From: a virus
Taxonomy: Duplodnaviria > Caudoviricetes
Virus record (IMG/VR): IMGVR_UViG_2758568729_000001
Location: 86,427-150,426 of that record
Direction: 5' to 3' (one strand)
Length of the DNA stretch: 64,000 nt
The notes under the pieces are model-generated. The model did no database searches and was not told where the DNA came from. It was given only the letters and a program-made list of their open reading frames with translations. Numbering within the stretch: position 1 is the first letter of the stretch; each line of letters opens with the position of its first letter. The position numbers and the translations under genes were made by a program. Positions 1 to 8,763 of this stretch are shown in pieces.

Positions 1-1173
1 GAACGTCTGGGCGATGTTGTTGCGGTTGGCTTCGGTGTTCAGACCGCGTAGGGCGGTGACGACGGCCCGGTTGATGGTGTCGGCGAGCCGGGTCATGCCG
101 GTGGCGAGGACGGGAAGCCCGGTCTTCGCCAAGTCGCGCAGGGTGCGGGCGGTGTCGGCGAACAGCTCGTTCTGAATCTTGAGCCGGAGCTTGTCGAACG
201 CAGGCTTGATCTTGTTGACCTCTTTGACGAACGCAGCCGCGTTCGGGGCCAACTCCTTCAGCGCCTCCGCCAGGGCCTTCGCGTCGCCCTCACCGACGGC
301 CTTGAACGCCTCACCCAGGCCCACCGTGCCGAGACGGATCGTGCCGATCGCGGCGGCGGCGATCGCCACAGCACCGGGGATCGCAACCAGCGCCCCGGCC
401 GCGGTGACAACGGTGGCGCCAAGTTGCACCAGGGCGGGGATCGCGGCCACGGCGGCACCGGCCAGTCCGAACAGGGCGGACGCGGCAATGGCGGCCCCGG
501 CGGTGATCGCAGCGGTTTTCAACGCGGCGGCGACCCCGCCGGTGAACAGGTCGGTGATCTGCCTGGTGACGTTGGCGATCGCGCGCCGGTCGACGGTGAG
601 CGGCACCCGCAGGGTCGGCATGGACTTCTGCGCCTTCGTGACAGCGGCGCGGGTCTGCTTCCGAACGTTCTTGTCATCGATCTTGACGGGGATGGTGGCC
701 TGAACCCGCCGCTGCACCTGCTCGACCAAGGCCCGAAGCTCGGCCTCGTACTTGGCCCGCTTGGCCGGCTCGGTCGGCACGGTGACCTTGACCCGGCGTT
801 GCAGGTCGGCGAGCTGCGCACCCAACTCGGCGCGAAGGCGCCCGGTTTCGGCGGTGACCGGGATCTTCGTTTCGACCTGGCGGGCGATCCGGGCGGTGTC
901 CGCCTTGACCTTGTCCAAAAAGGCGCGGGTCATCGGGTCGAGCTGCACCCGCGCCCGAGGCGGGTTCTTGGTGGGGATCTCGCTGGGCAGGTCGGACGGG
1001 TCGATGTCCGGCCGGATCTTGACCTTCACACCGCTGAGGGCGTCGCCGATCTCCTTGTCCAAGCCGGCCTTCTTGAAGGCGGCGACGACCTCTTTGCGGA
1101 GCCGGGCGGCGAACCCCTTAGCGGATGCGTTGACTTCGACCGTGACGCTTCCTACAAGGATCGGGGATGTCAT
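1..1173 (-). CDS. Tape measure protein, N-terminal part (runs off the window start)
   Basis: Not in the ORF track. My translation from ATG at 1173 reads MTSPILVGSVTVEVNASAKGFAARLRKEV... and stays open to position 1. It is Ala-rich and helical with a hydrophobic stretch, and it lies downstream of the tail chaperones. Confidence 0.9.
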   Translation of the reverse strand, partial: MTSPILVGSVTVEVNASAKGFAARLRKEVVAAFKKAGLDKEIGDALSGVKVKIRPDIDPSDLPSEIPTKNPPRARVQLDPMTRAFLDKVKADTARIARQVETKIPVTAETGRLRAELGAQLADLQRRVKVTVPTEPAKRAKYEAELRALVEQVQRRVQATIPVKIDDKNVRKQTRAAVTKAQKSMPTLRVPLTVDRRAIANVTRQITDLFTGGVAAALKTAAITAGAAIAASALFGLAGAAVAAIPALVQLGATVVTAAGALVAIPGAVAIAAAAIGTIRLGTVGLGEAFKAVGEGDAKALAEALKELAPNAAAFVKEVNKIKPAFDKLRLKIQNELFADTARTLRDLAKTGLPVLATGMTRLADTINRAVVTALRGLNTEANRNNIAQTF

Positions 1174-1195
1174 GAGACACCCCCGACCGGCCGCG

Positions 1196-2047
1196 CTAGG
1201 TTGCTACGTCCTGCTGCGCCAGTCGTTCACGGACTGCGTCAGGGTAGGTCGAGACAATGAAGTCGACCAGATCGGCAACACGTTGCCCACGAAGATGGGG
1301 AGTTACCCACAACTCAAGATTCTCGGGCCTGTTGTCAAGTCGGTCGCCATTCTTGTGATGAACCGATTCGCGTCGGCTCAGCGACCGACCAAGCACGCTT
1401 TCCATGACTAGCCGGTGCTCGCCTACGAGTCGCCCGTTGATCGAGATAACCCGGTAGCCGTTTGGCTTGACGTGGCCCTTGCTGCCCGCCGACCCGTACA
1501 GGGGTCGGAGAGGTTTTCCTTCACGCTGTTGGCTGTCGTGCCCCGAGCACAGGGCACTGCCCTGACTGGTTCCCTTGGCTGGTCGGTCGCAGCCGTCGAA
1601 GCGGCAGGGTGGTCGAGGTCGCGAGGCCCTTCGGCGGTCGACCAAAATGGGCTTGAGGTCTTCGCCGCGAGCGCGTTGCTTTGCGTGAGTGTCACACAGG
1701 CCCCGGTTGCTGATCGCACGGTCGCATCCACTGAATTCACAGGACGGTGACGACCGGCGCTCCCGAACCCTGAGCGGCTTCAGGACGCCGTTGCGTCGGA
1801 GTTGCACTCCGTGTGGAGTGCATAGCCCTCGTGTCGACGCCCTGCGGTCGCAGTCCGCGAAATAGCAGACTTTGTATTCGCCGAGGTGTCTCGGTACCGC
1901 GTGCTTATAGCAGAACGGATGCGATCCACGTGCGACGAGACTACAACCGCCGTGCTGACAACGTGGCCTGCTGTTGTAGTGCTCAGGGCAGTTCGATGAG
2001 CCACGGTACCCACGATTTTCCGAGCACCCGTGTGCGGAGCATTTCAC
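1196..2047 (-). CDS. HNH endonuclease with N-terminal Cys/His zinc-finger repeats
   Basis: C-terminal EHRLVME...VHHKNGDRLDNRPENLELW motif; five Cx4C...CxxH repeats. Confidence 0.88.
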   Translation of the reverse strand: MKCSAHGCSENRGYRGSSNCPEHYNSRPRCQHGGCSLVARGSHPFCYKHAVPRHLGEYKVCYFADCDRRASTRGLCTPHGVQLRRNGVLKPLRVRERRSSPSCEFSGCDRAISNRGLCDTHAKQRARGEDLKPILVDRRRASRPRPPCRFDGCDRPAKGTSQGSALCSGHDSQQREGKPLRPLYGSAGSKGHVKPNGYRVISINGRLVGEHRLVMESVLGRSLSRRESVHHKNGDRLDNRPENLELWVTPHLRGQRVADLVDFIVSTYPDAVRERLAQQDVAT

Positions 2048-2107
2048 TTACCAATCATAGCGAGATGCATGACGTTCACCTATTTGATGCAACGCTGCCG
2101 ACGAGGA

Positions 2108-2135
2108 TGGGGGAGGTCACGGTTGACCTCCCCCA
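2108..2135. terminator. 12-bp perfect hairpin (terminator-like or processing site)
   Basis: tgggggaggtca-cggt-tgacctccccca just after the chaperone stop; no clear U-tract. Confidence 0.5.
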
Positions 2136-2142
2136 GCACTCG

Positions 2143-2565
2143 TCAGGTGGCGGGGATCAAACCGAGGTTCGCGAGCCGGGCGGCGTAGTCGTCGCCGCGC
2201 TGCTGCCGGGTTTTCACCGGCCGGTCCGCCGGCTGCTTGGCCGTGTCGGCGCCGACCTTGACCGGCTTCGGCCTGCTGCCCTTGCCGCCGCCACGCTGCC
2301 AGTTCGCGCCGGCGAGCAGGGTGCCGATGTGGGCGAGCAGGTGATCGCCCAAGTCGACGTCAGCGTTGTCGCCAGCGAGTTCCCGGTACAGGGCCGAGTC
2401 ACGGCCCAGTCGCCGGATGAGGACCATCAGCTCCCGCGCTGTGTACCGTTCCGACGGGCGACCGTGGAGCGCCTTTTTGAGCCGGATGTGGTGGAACTGG
2501 CTGAGGTCTGACTCAATGGCTCCGCCGTGCTCCCGGAGGAGTTGGTGGAGCCCGAGGATTCCCCC
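2143..2565 (-). CDS. Tail assembly chaperone, -1 frameshift extension (lambda gpT-like)
   Basis: The -1 frame is open from the slippery site and reads GGILGLHQLLREHGGAIESDLSQF... Confidence 0.85.
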   Translation of the reverse strand, partial: GGILGLHQLLREHGGAIESDLSQFHHIRLKKALHGRPSERYTARELMVLIRRLGRDSALYRELAGDNADVDLGDHLLAHIGTLLAGANWQRGGGKGSRPKPVKVGADTAKQPADRPVKTRQQRGDDYAARLANLGLIPAT

Positions 2566-2903
2566 AGGTCTTCTCCGGAGTGCTGCTGCCACTGTTCGAA
2601 CAGCAGACCGATGGCGGGGCTTGGTTGGTACTGGTCGTCCCACCGGGCGCGCTGCGCCGGGTCGAACCCGTAGGAGAAGATCTTCCGCAGGATGTCGAGG
2701 TCGACGTTGGCGACGTTGTCGGCACCGGTGATCGCGCTGAGTTCGTCCATCAGCCCGGCGGCCCGGTAGTCGATCTCGGAGAAGTGCGGCAGTTCCCACT
2801 TCACCCCGCCGAAGCGGAACTTGAACGGGCGCTTCCTGACGGCCTGGAACGCGGCGTCGAGGTCGTACACCTCGTCTTCGTCGTCGTACGGCTGCTCAGA
2901 CAT
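2427..2903 (-). CDS. Tail assembly chaperone (lambda gpG-like)
   Basis: Lies between the major tail and tape measure genes; LGESSGS followed by a low-complexity Ser/Thr tail after the slip site. Confidence 0.85.
   Translation of the reverse strand: MSEQPYDDEDEVYDLDAAFQAVRKRPFKFRFGGVKWELPHFSEIDYRAAGLMDELSAITGADNVANVDLDILRKIFSYGFDPAQRARWDDQYQPSPAIGLLFEQWQQHSGEDLGESSGSTNSSGSTAEPLSQTSASSTTSGSKRRSTVARRNGTQRGS
2559..2565 (-). other. Programmed -1 frameshift site GGGGGAA
   Basis: Minus strand reads CTG GGG GAA TCC; the two ORF frames differ by -1. Confidence 0.8.
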
Positions 2904-3165
2904 GCTGCTGCACCTCCTCTTCGGTTTCGGTGGGTTCCTCGGCGCTGATCACGACGTGCCGGGCGAACAGGGTGAGGGTCACCAGCACCTCATCGCGGTT
3001 GACCAGCTCGATCCCGTGGACCTTGACCGGGTGGCCTTCGGGGACCAGCAGGGGCTGACCGTTGATCCGGACCTCGTTCGGGACGATGACGTCCCCGGCC
3101 GGTGTGTCCATCGGCTCGCGCCGCTTCTCGACGATCTCGATGACCGCCCCGCGTGGTTCAGCCAC
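2896..3165 (-). CDS. Hypothetical protein
   Basis: 89 aa, overlaps both neighbours. Confidence 0.7.
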   Translation of the reverse strand: MAEPRGAVIEIVEKRREPMDTPAGDVIVPNEVRINGQPLLVPEGHPVKVHGIELVNRDEVLVTLTLFARHVVISAEEPTETEEEVQQHV

Positions 3166-3562
3166 CGACGACCTCCGGGGTCCAGCCGGGGATGCTCTCC
3201 CGGGGATCCCGCTGGGCAGGGTTGCCCCACGACCGGGAGGCCCGCCCTTCCGGGGTAGTCACGGGCGCGGCCCGCCCGATCGACACCTGGTCGGCGTCCA
3301 CGGTGAAGACGACGACGGTGCCGGTCGGGCTGTGGCCGATCTCGTAGCCGCGCACCACCGCCGGGATCAGGACCCCGTTGACGCGGACGTCGAAGGTCGG
3401 CGGGCCGGGCAGTTCGGCCTTAGGTTCGGCCTTCGGTTCGGCGTCGGCGGGCAGGTGGCCGAGGCCGGCGAGCTTCTGGGTGTAGTCGGCGTTCCGGCGG
3501 GCGGCGCGTTCGGTGATGACCACCGACACCTGTCCACCGGATCCGCCTGCGGTCATGGGCAT
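3158..3562 (-). CDS. Hypothetical protein
   Basis: Starts MPMTAGG after an AAGGAG RBS; AEPK repeats. Confidence 0.7.
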   Translation of the reverse strand: MPMTAGGSGGQVSVVITERAARRNADYTQKLAGLGHLPADAEPKAEPKAELPGPPTFDVRVNGVLIPAVVRGYEIGHSPTGTVVVFTVDADQVSIGRAAPVTTPEGRASRSWGNPAQRDPRESIPGWTPEVVGG

Positions 3563-3662
3563 GCGGGTCTCCTTCGTGCGGGTCTTGTGCGGGTTCGGGT
3601 GGTGAGGTTGGGGACGCTGGCCGGCGACCCGCACGGACTCCGGCCAGCGCCGTACAGGGGGT

Positions 3663-4223
3663 CTACGAGGAGAGCGCGTCGTCCACGTAGTACCGGTAGG
3701 CGACGACGCCGGACTGATCCACGTAGCAGGACAAGGTCCACTCGTAGACGGTGATCTCGGAGTTGGACCAGACGACGTCGCCGCGCTCGGTGACCTCGCC
3801 GAGGGGGACGACGATCCGCAGGCCACGGGTGCCGTCGATACCGTGGAGCACCCAGGACCGGATGTCCGTGACGGGGGCGACCTCTTCGACGGTGACCCCG
3901 GTCGCGGTCTGGGTGATCGTCGAGCCGGGGAACTGGACACCGATCGTGGTCAGGTTGGTCTCGGCGGCGGCGAAGGTGAAGGTCTTGACGAACTGGCCGG
4001 GGATCCGGCGGGCCAGGGTCGAGCCCTGCCAGATGAACAGGTCGGTGCGGTCCTGGGAGGTGGCTTCGGTGACGCCGTCCTCGCTGATGGCACCGACCTC
4101 GGCGAGGTCGCCGGACAGGGCGGCCACACCATCGGTCGGCAGGGTGGGGTTCGAGTCGCCGAACGCGGAGACGGCGACGAGCCCGTTGTTGTAGGCACGG
4201 ATGAGAGAGACGTCGACCGCCAT
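3663..4223 (-). CDS. Major tail (tube) protein
   Basis: EVGAISEDGVT...IWQG...GEVTERGDVVW, typical of actinophage tail tube proteins; AAGGAG RBS. Confidence 0.9.
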   Translation of the reverse strand: MAVDVSLIRAYNNGLVAVSAFGDSNPTLPTDGVAALSGDLAEVGAISEDGVTEATSQDRTDLFIWQGSTLARRIPGQFVKTFTFAAAETNLTTIGVQFPGSTITQTATGVTVEEVAPVTDIRSWVLHGIDGTRGLRIVVPLGEVTERGDVVWSNSEITVYEWTLSCYVDQSGVVAYRYYVDDALSS

Positions 4224-4305
4224 CGGTCAGCTCCTTCGGGCATGGGGACGGCCCGGCGGTCGCGCCGGGTGAGGGAAAAGGGGTGTGCGGGTCCCTTGTG
4301 GCCGA

Positions 4306-4641
4306 TCAGGGCAGCCGGTAGGCCGAGAGCTTGAGGTCCGCGTGGTCGACGTCGACCTGCATCTGAGCCCCGTACGTGGCCTGGTCGAACGGGCCGATGT
4401 ACCGGGACGCGGCGGCGGGGATCTCGTAGGTGCGCGGGGTGACGGCTTGGCCGTCCACGTCGCGGGCGAACCGAACGGTGACGGTTCGGGCGGTCGCGGC
4501 GCCGTTGCTGTTACGAACCAGCAAGATCACCTTGCCGTTGTTGGCGACCACGTGGTTGTCGGTGGCGTTGCCGTTGGTCTCGGCCGCCGGTGCGATACCG
4601 GCGCGGGTGACCTCGGTGACAGGAATGGAGACGCGGGGCAT
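4306..4641 (-). CDS. Small virion structural protein (putative)
   Basis: Beta-rich, 111 aa, between the tail terminator and major tail genes; GGAGG RBS. Confidence 0.65.
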   Translation of the reverse strand: MPRVSIPVTEVTRAGIAPAAETNGNATDNHVVANNGKVILLVRNSNGAATARTVTVRFARDVDGQAVTPRTYEIPAAASRYIGPFDQATYGAQMQVDVDHADLKLSAYRLP

Positions 4642-4706
4642 GGGGTCCTCCGGGCATGCGGAAACGGCCGAGCCCGGAGCCGGGTCGGCGCAGGTTGGTA
4701 CAGGGG

Positions 4707-5102
4707 TCAGATGAGGCCGTGCAGGGCGACCCGGTAGGTCGCGTCCCGGCGGAACACGGCCGGGTCAGGTGCCCAGGTGGGCGACATGGCGGTGGTCACC
4801 GACTTGATGACCACCCCGCCGAGGACGGTGTTCGGCAGCCGCAGCCGCAGGGCGGCCCGGATACCGGTGGACACCGCCCGGACACGATCGGCGTCGGCCC
4901 CGTAGACGTTGACGTCGAGCAGGGCGATGTCGAGAGTGAGTTGCTGGTCGCCGTCGTCGCCGCCCCGTTGCACGTGGGCGATCGGGGCGGTGTAGTCGTA
5001 CCCGGGCGGCAACCGGGGATCAGCCCACGCCTTGACCCCGAGGGTGGACACCAACCAGTCGGCGATCAGGGTCTCCGGGTCCGCGTACGTCGGTTGCGCC
5101 AC
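4707..5102 (-). CDS. Tail terminator/completion protein
   Basis: ADPETLIADWL...VQRGG...LDVNVYG pattern; synteny. Confidence 0.8.
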   Translation of the reverse strand: MAQPTYADPETLIADWLVSTLGVKAWADPRLPPGYDYTAPIAHVQRGGDDGDQQLTLDIALLDVNVYGADADRVRAVSTGIRAALRLRLPNTVLGGVVIKSVTTAMSPTWAPDPAVFRRDATYRVALHGLI

Positions 5103-5105
5103 GAG

Positions 5106-5435
5106 TCACCCCCGGGCGGTCGCAGCACGCAGGGCGTCGCGCATGATGTGCTGCGCCGGGGCACCGAGGCTGTTGCCGCGCTCCACCCAGTAGCCGTGGG
5201 GGGCGAGGTTCGTGACCCGGGCGCCGGCGCCCGTCCGGGACCGGTGCGGGGTGACGTCGAACCCACCCGGCTCGATGGTCCCGTACGCGTACTGGCCGGT
5301 GACGACCGGCGGGTTCATCTCGGCCGCGATCCGGACCAGCTCGGCGCGGCGCACCATCTCGTCCTGCATGAAGTCGGCCCGGACCATCCGGTTGACCCCG
5401 ACCCGGCTGACTTTGACCTTCACCTTGACCGTCAC
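5106..5435 (-). CDS. Neck protein (HK97 gp10-like)
   Basis: PVVTGQYA...YWVERG...HIMRDALRA motifs. Confidence 0.75.
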   Translation of the reverse strand: MTVKVKVKVSRVGVNRMVRADFMQDEMVRRAELVRIAAEMNPPVVTGQYAYGTIEPGGFDVTPHRSRTGAGARVTNLAPHGYWVERGNSLGAPAQHIMRDALRAATARG

Positions 5436-5445
5436 GGCAGCCCCC

Positions 5446-6180
5446 TCACAGATAGTCGTCGCCCCAGGGGACTGGCCTGGGGAAGGAGTAGATGGGCATC
5501 ACCGCGTGGTCCTGGCCGGGGGTGGTGCCGGTCTCATCCGCGAGCGCCCTCACCAGGTCGGCCCGGGTGCGCTCGGCGAGCTGCTGCAACTGGGTGGCCC
5601 GGTTCAGCGACACATCCGAGTCCGGCCAGCCGCGCTCCACGGCGGCGGCGGCGTACAGGGCTGCGGCCACGGAAGCGGTTTCGGCGAGCGCCGTGGTGAC
5701 GGTTGGGGCGACGGTGGTTACCCAGGCGACCCCGTCGGCGATGAGCCGGTCGACCTGCACCCCGGCGGGCCGGGTGGTCGAATCGAACGTGTGCGGGTAG
5801 ATGTCGGCCTTGGTCGTGGTGGTGGCGGTCGATCGCACGAGGGTGCGGGTCGGTACGTAGTTCGCCACCCTGCTCCGCCCGGGTGTCCAGGTGGGTCCAC
5901 CCGCTACTGGGGACGCGGAGACGTACACCTCTTGGGTCTCAACGCCGGCCCCCGTGCCGGTAACAGTCCACGTGAGGACCCACCGGCCGGGGTAGGTGTA
6001 CGTGACCGGGGTGGTGATCCACGTCTGGACACCTGCGTTCGTGCCCTCCACATACGGCACGAGAGTGCTCGTCGTGCCGCCCGGACCGGTCACCACCAAG
6101 GTCGCGGCCGTGGTGCCGTCGAACGGAGTCACCGTCAGGCGTGGGGTTTCGGCATCACCAACACCAACATCGGTGGCCAC
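5446..6180 (-). CDS. Head-to-tail adaptor with an N-terminal beta-rich domain
   Basis: C-terminal FDSTTRP...VDRLI...ALYAAAAVE...YSFP..W pattern of actinophage adaptors; synteny. Confidence 0.7.
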   Translation of the reverse strand: MATDVGVGDAETPRLTVTPFDGTTAATLVVTGPGGTTSTLVPYVEGTNAGVQTWITTPVTYTYPGRWVLTWTVTGTGAGVETQEVYVSASPVAGGPTWTPGRSRVANYVPTRTLVRSTATTTTKADIYPHTFDSTTRPAGVQVDRLIADGVAWVTTVAPTVTTALAETASVAAALYAAAAVERGWPDSDVSLNRATQLQQLAERTRADLVRALADETGTTPGQDHAVMPIYSFPRPVPWGDDYL

Positions 6181-6182
6181 AG

Positions 6183-7274
6183 TTACCCCCTGCTCGTGGT
6201 CGCGGTCAGGGACGGGCGGCTACTCGACGCGGTATGAACACCGGGCCGGTACTGCGGCAGGTGTTCCGGTACGGCGGCGGTGAGTACGCTTCCGGCGCTC
6301 AGGTCGGCGGCGGCGAAGTGGTTCAGCGCGGCCGTCGCCGTGAGGACGCTGCTCGCGGCGAGCGCGGCAGCCGCCCGCATCGTCGCCGTACCGGTGCCGC
6401 CGAGCGTGAAACTCGCGGACAGGTGGGCGGCGGCTTCCTGCTGCCGGGCACCAGCTGCGGTGAGGGTCGACGATCCGACCAGCGCGGCGGCGGCGTACCG
6501 GGTCACGACCGGGGCGGCGGTCGCCGTGGTTGCCGACACCAGACCGGCGGCGGCCGGGACCACCCGGACCGCTGTGGCGGTAAGCGTTGAGGACGCGGCG
6601 AGGGCGGCGGCGGCAAGGTTCAGCCCGGCCAGCGCCAAGGACACGCCCTGCCGCTGCACGGTGGCCGACGCGGTCGCTACTCGTGTGCCGGTCGGGCCGG
6701 CGGCGGTCAGTTCCTGAGTGGCGATCAGCATCGTCGTGTTGCGCTGGGTGGTGCTCGTTGAGCACACGTCCACGCGTTCCGTTGTCGCCGCGTCGGCGGT
6801 CCAGGTGGCGGTGGTGTTGATGACGTTGAGAATCACGCCGTGGATTGCGACCAGCAGCGTTGACGTCGGCACGGGGGCTACCGACGGGGCGGTGACTACT
6901 GTGCCGTTGCTGTTCGTCTCGTCAACAGCAGAGGCGACTACAGTGGCGCTGGTGACTACCACGCACCCAATTGCGACCCGGGACGACGAATCGATCGTGA
7001 AGCTGACGCTGGCACCAACATCCCCGCTGGCCAGGGTTTTTGTCCACACGAGGAAGTTGCCGGAACTGGCTGTGTCGACGGTTGGGGTGCCGGGTAGGGC
7101 GGCCCAGCCGGCGGCGGCCATGTCGTTGGTCGGCAGCCCGGCGGAGATGGCCATGGCGAGTACCGCGAGGTGGCCGGCCTGCGCCCCCGCTCCGGCGTCC
7201 GGGAGGGTGATCGCTGCGGTGGTGCCGCCGAGGCTGCTGGCGGAGGTGGCTGCGACGTAGGTGGGTGCGGCCAC
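6183..7274 (-). CDS. Ala/Thr-rich virion fibre-like protein with six 20-aa repeats
   Basis: N-terminal AGHL...GW beta module; AAAxLxxSSxLTA repeats. Confidence 0.65.
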   Translation of the reverse strand: MAAPTYVAATSASSLGGTTAAITLPDAGAGAQAGHLAVLAMAISAGLPTNDMAAAGWAALPGTPTVDTASSGNFLVWTKTLASGDVGASVSFTIDSSSRVAIGCVVVTSATVVASAVDETNSNGTVVTAPSVAPVPTSTLLVAIHGVILNVINTTATWTADAATTERVDVCSTSTTQRNTTMLIATQELTAAGPTGTRVATASATVQRQGVSLALAGLNLAAAALAASSTLTATAVRVVPAAAGLVSATTATAAPVVTRYAAAALVGSSTLTAAGARQQEAAAHLSASFTLGGTGTATMRAAAALAASSVLTATAALNHFAAADLSAGSVLTAAVPEHLPQYRPGVHTASSSRPSLTATTSRG

Positions 7275-7288
7275 GGCTCAACCCCCGC

Positions 7289-7672
7289 TCAGGACAGGGC
7301 GAGGGTGAACGACCCGGCGGGGAACGACAGGGAGTCCCCGGCGCCGACGGTCTTGCTGGCGGTCAAAGCCCCCCACCACAGGCGGCGGGGCGAACCAGCG
7401 GAGTCCCAGACTTCGACGCCGACGACCGTTGCCGCAGGCAGGCCGGCGAACGTCACGGCACCGGAGCTCGCGGACGCGCCGGCCGCAGCTGCGGTCATGG
7501 TGATGGTTTGCCGCGTGTACGACCCGCCGGTGACTTCGGTGCCGGCCGCAGTGGCGGACCCGTTCGCGGTGACCAACGCGAGCCGGATCGGGGTGGTGGG
7601 CGCCGTGTAGGAGGCGGTGCCCATGGTGGCATCGAGCAGGCGGTTGGCTTCGGTTGTGGTCAGGGCCGGCAC
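7289..7672 (-). CDS. Small fibre-associated virion protein
   Basis: GTG start after AAAGGGG; GTEVTGGSYTRQ...WDSAG...GALTASKTVGAGDSLSFPAG pattern. Confidence 0.7.
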   Translation of the reverse strand: MPALTTTEANRLLDATMGTASYTAPTTPIRLALVTANGSATAAGTEVTGGSYTRQTITMTAAAAGASASSGAVTFAGLPAATVVGVEVWDSAGSPRRLWWGALTASKTVGAGDSLSFPAGSFTLALS

Positions 7673-7743
7673 ATCGGCCCCCTTTCGCGGTGAGCCGATG
7701 TGGGTGGTGGTGAGGTGGGGCCGGCCTCGGTGGGCGTGGTCGG

Positions 7744-8763
7744 CTACAGCCAGTCGTCTTGTGCGCGTAGCCGGATCGGGTGCGGTTCCCACGCCCCGGC
7801 GACCCGGGCGCGGGCGGAGCCCATCGCGGCGACGCTGATGGTCACGAAGTCGATGCCGATCCCGGATCGGTCATCGGTGACCGTCAGGCTGAACGTCAGG
7901 GTGGCCCCGGTGGTGGTTGCCGGGGCGGTGAACGTGGCGTCCACGGTGCCCGCCCCGGTGAGAGTCACCGGCGGCCCGGACTGCTGTGCCCACAGGTAGG
8001 CGGTGACCGTGCCGTCAAGGTCCGTCGACCCGGACGCGTTCAGGTGGACCGTCGCCCCCGGAGGGACGGACCGGTCAGGGCCTGCATTCGCGATCGGCGG
8101 CGCGTTCGTCGAGGACAGGATGATCGACGCGCAGGCGGGGCCCACGGTCGACTCGGACAGGCCGTGTGGGGTTGCCGGTACCGGGGCGTTGGTGCCGAGG
8201 GCCTTCGTCGCGAGCGCCTGCACCGCGTTCTTGAGCGTCAACGTGGTCGACACCGTTTGCCCGGCCAGGGTCCACCCGACAGCAGGGGTCACCGTTGGCT
8301 GCGCCCCGGCCAGGTTGCAAGCCCCGCCGATGACCCCGAGGAGCACCGTTGTTGCCGCAGCCGGGGTGACCGCAGGGGTGTTCGGGGTGGCGGTCTGGGT
8401 GCCGGAGTACAGGGTGGTGATCTGCTCGACCACCACGGGTGCCCCACCGGTGTCGTACACGGCGGCCACGTTCATGGCCCACCGGGTGCTGGCACCCAAC
8501 CCGAACTCCAGGGCCGCCCCAGCGTCCCCGGCCTGGGCCCGCCGACGCGCACCACGCAGCGAACCGGTGGTGGTCGACGCCGGCACCATCTCCGCGAGCT
8601 CCGTCCACCCCGCCGGTGGAGCCAGGGTCGCGGCGGCGGCCAGAAGCTGGATGGTGGCGACGAGCAGGTCACCCGGTTGGGTACTGGCGGGGATGTTGCC
8701 GAGAGCCGTGGAGGTCGACCCGGCCGACGATGACGATTCGACGGCGCGCACCACAATGGTCAC
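7744..8763 (-). CDS. Virion surface protein with a C-terminal PKD/Ig-like domain
   Basis: NAPPIANAGPD...LNASGSTDLDG..TAYLWAQQSGP...FSLTVTDD. Confidence 0.8.
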   Translation of the reverse strand: MTIVVRAVESSSSAGSTSTALGNIPASTQPGDLLVATIQLLAAAATLAPPAGWTELAEMVPASTTTGSLRGARRRAQAGDAGAALEFGLGASTRWAMNVAAVYDTGGAPVVVEQITTLYSGTQTATPNTPAVTPAAATTVLLGVIGGACNLAGAQPTVTPAVGWTLAGQTVSTTLTLKNAVQALATKALGTNAPVPATPHGLSESTVGPACASIILSSTNAPPIANAGPDRSVPPGATVHLNASGSTDLDGTVTAYLWAQQSGPPVTLTGAGTVDATFTAPATTTGATLTFSLTVTDDRSGIGIDFVTISVAAMGSARARVAGAWEPHPIRLRAQDDWL

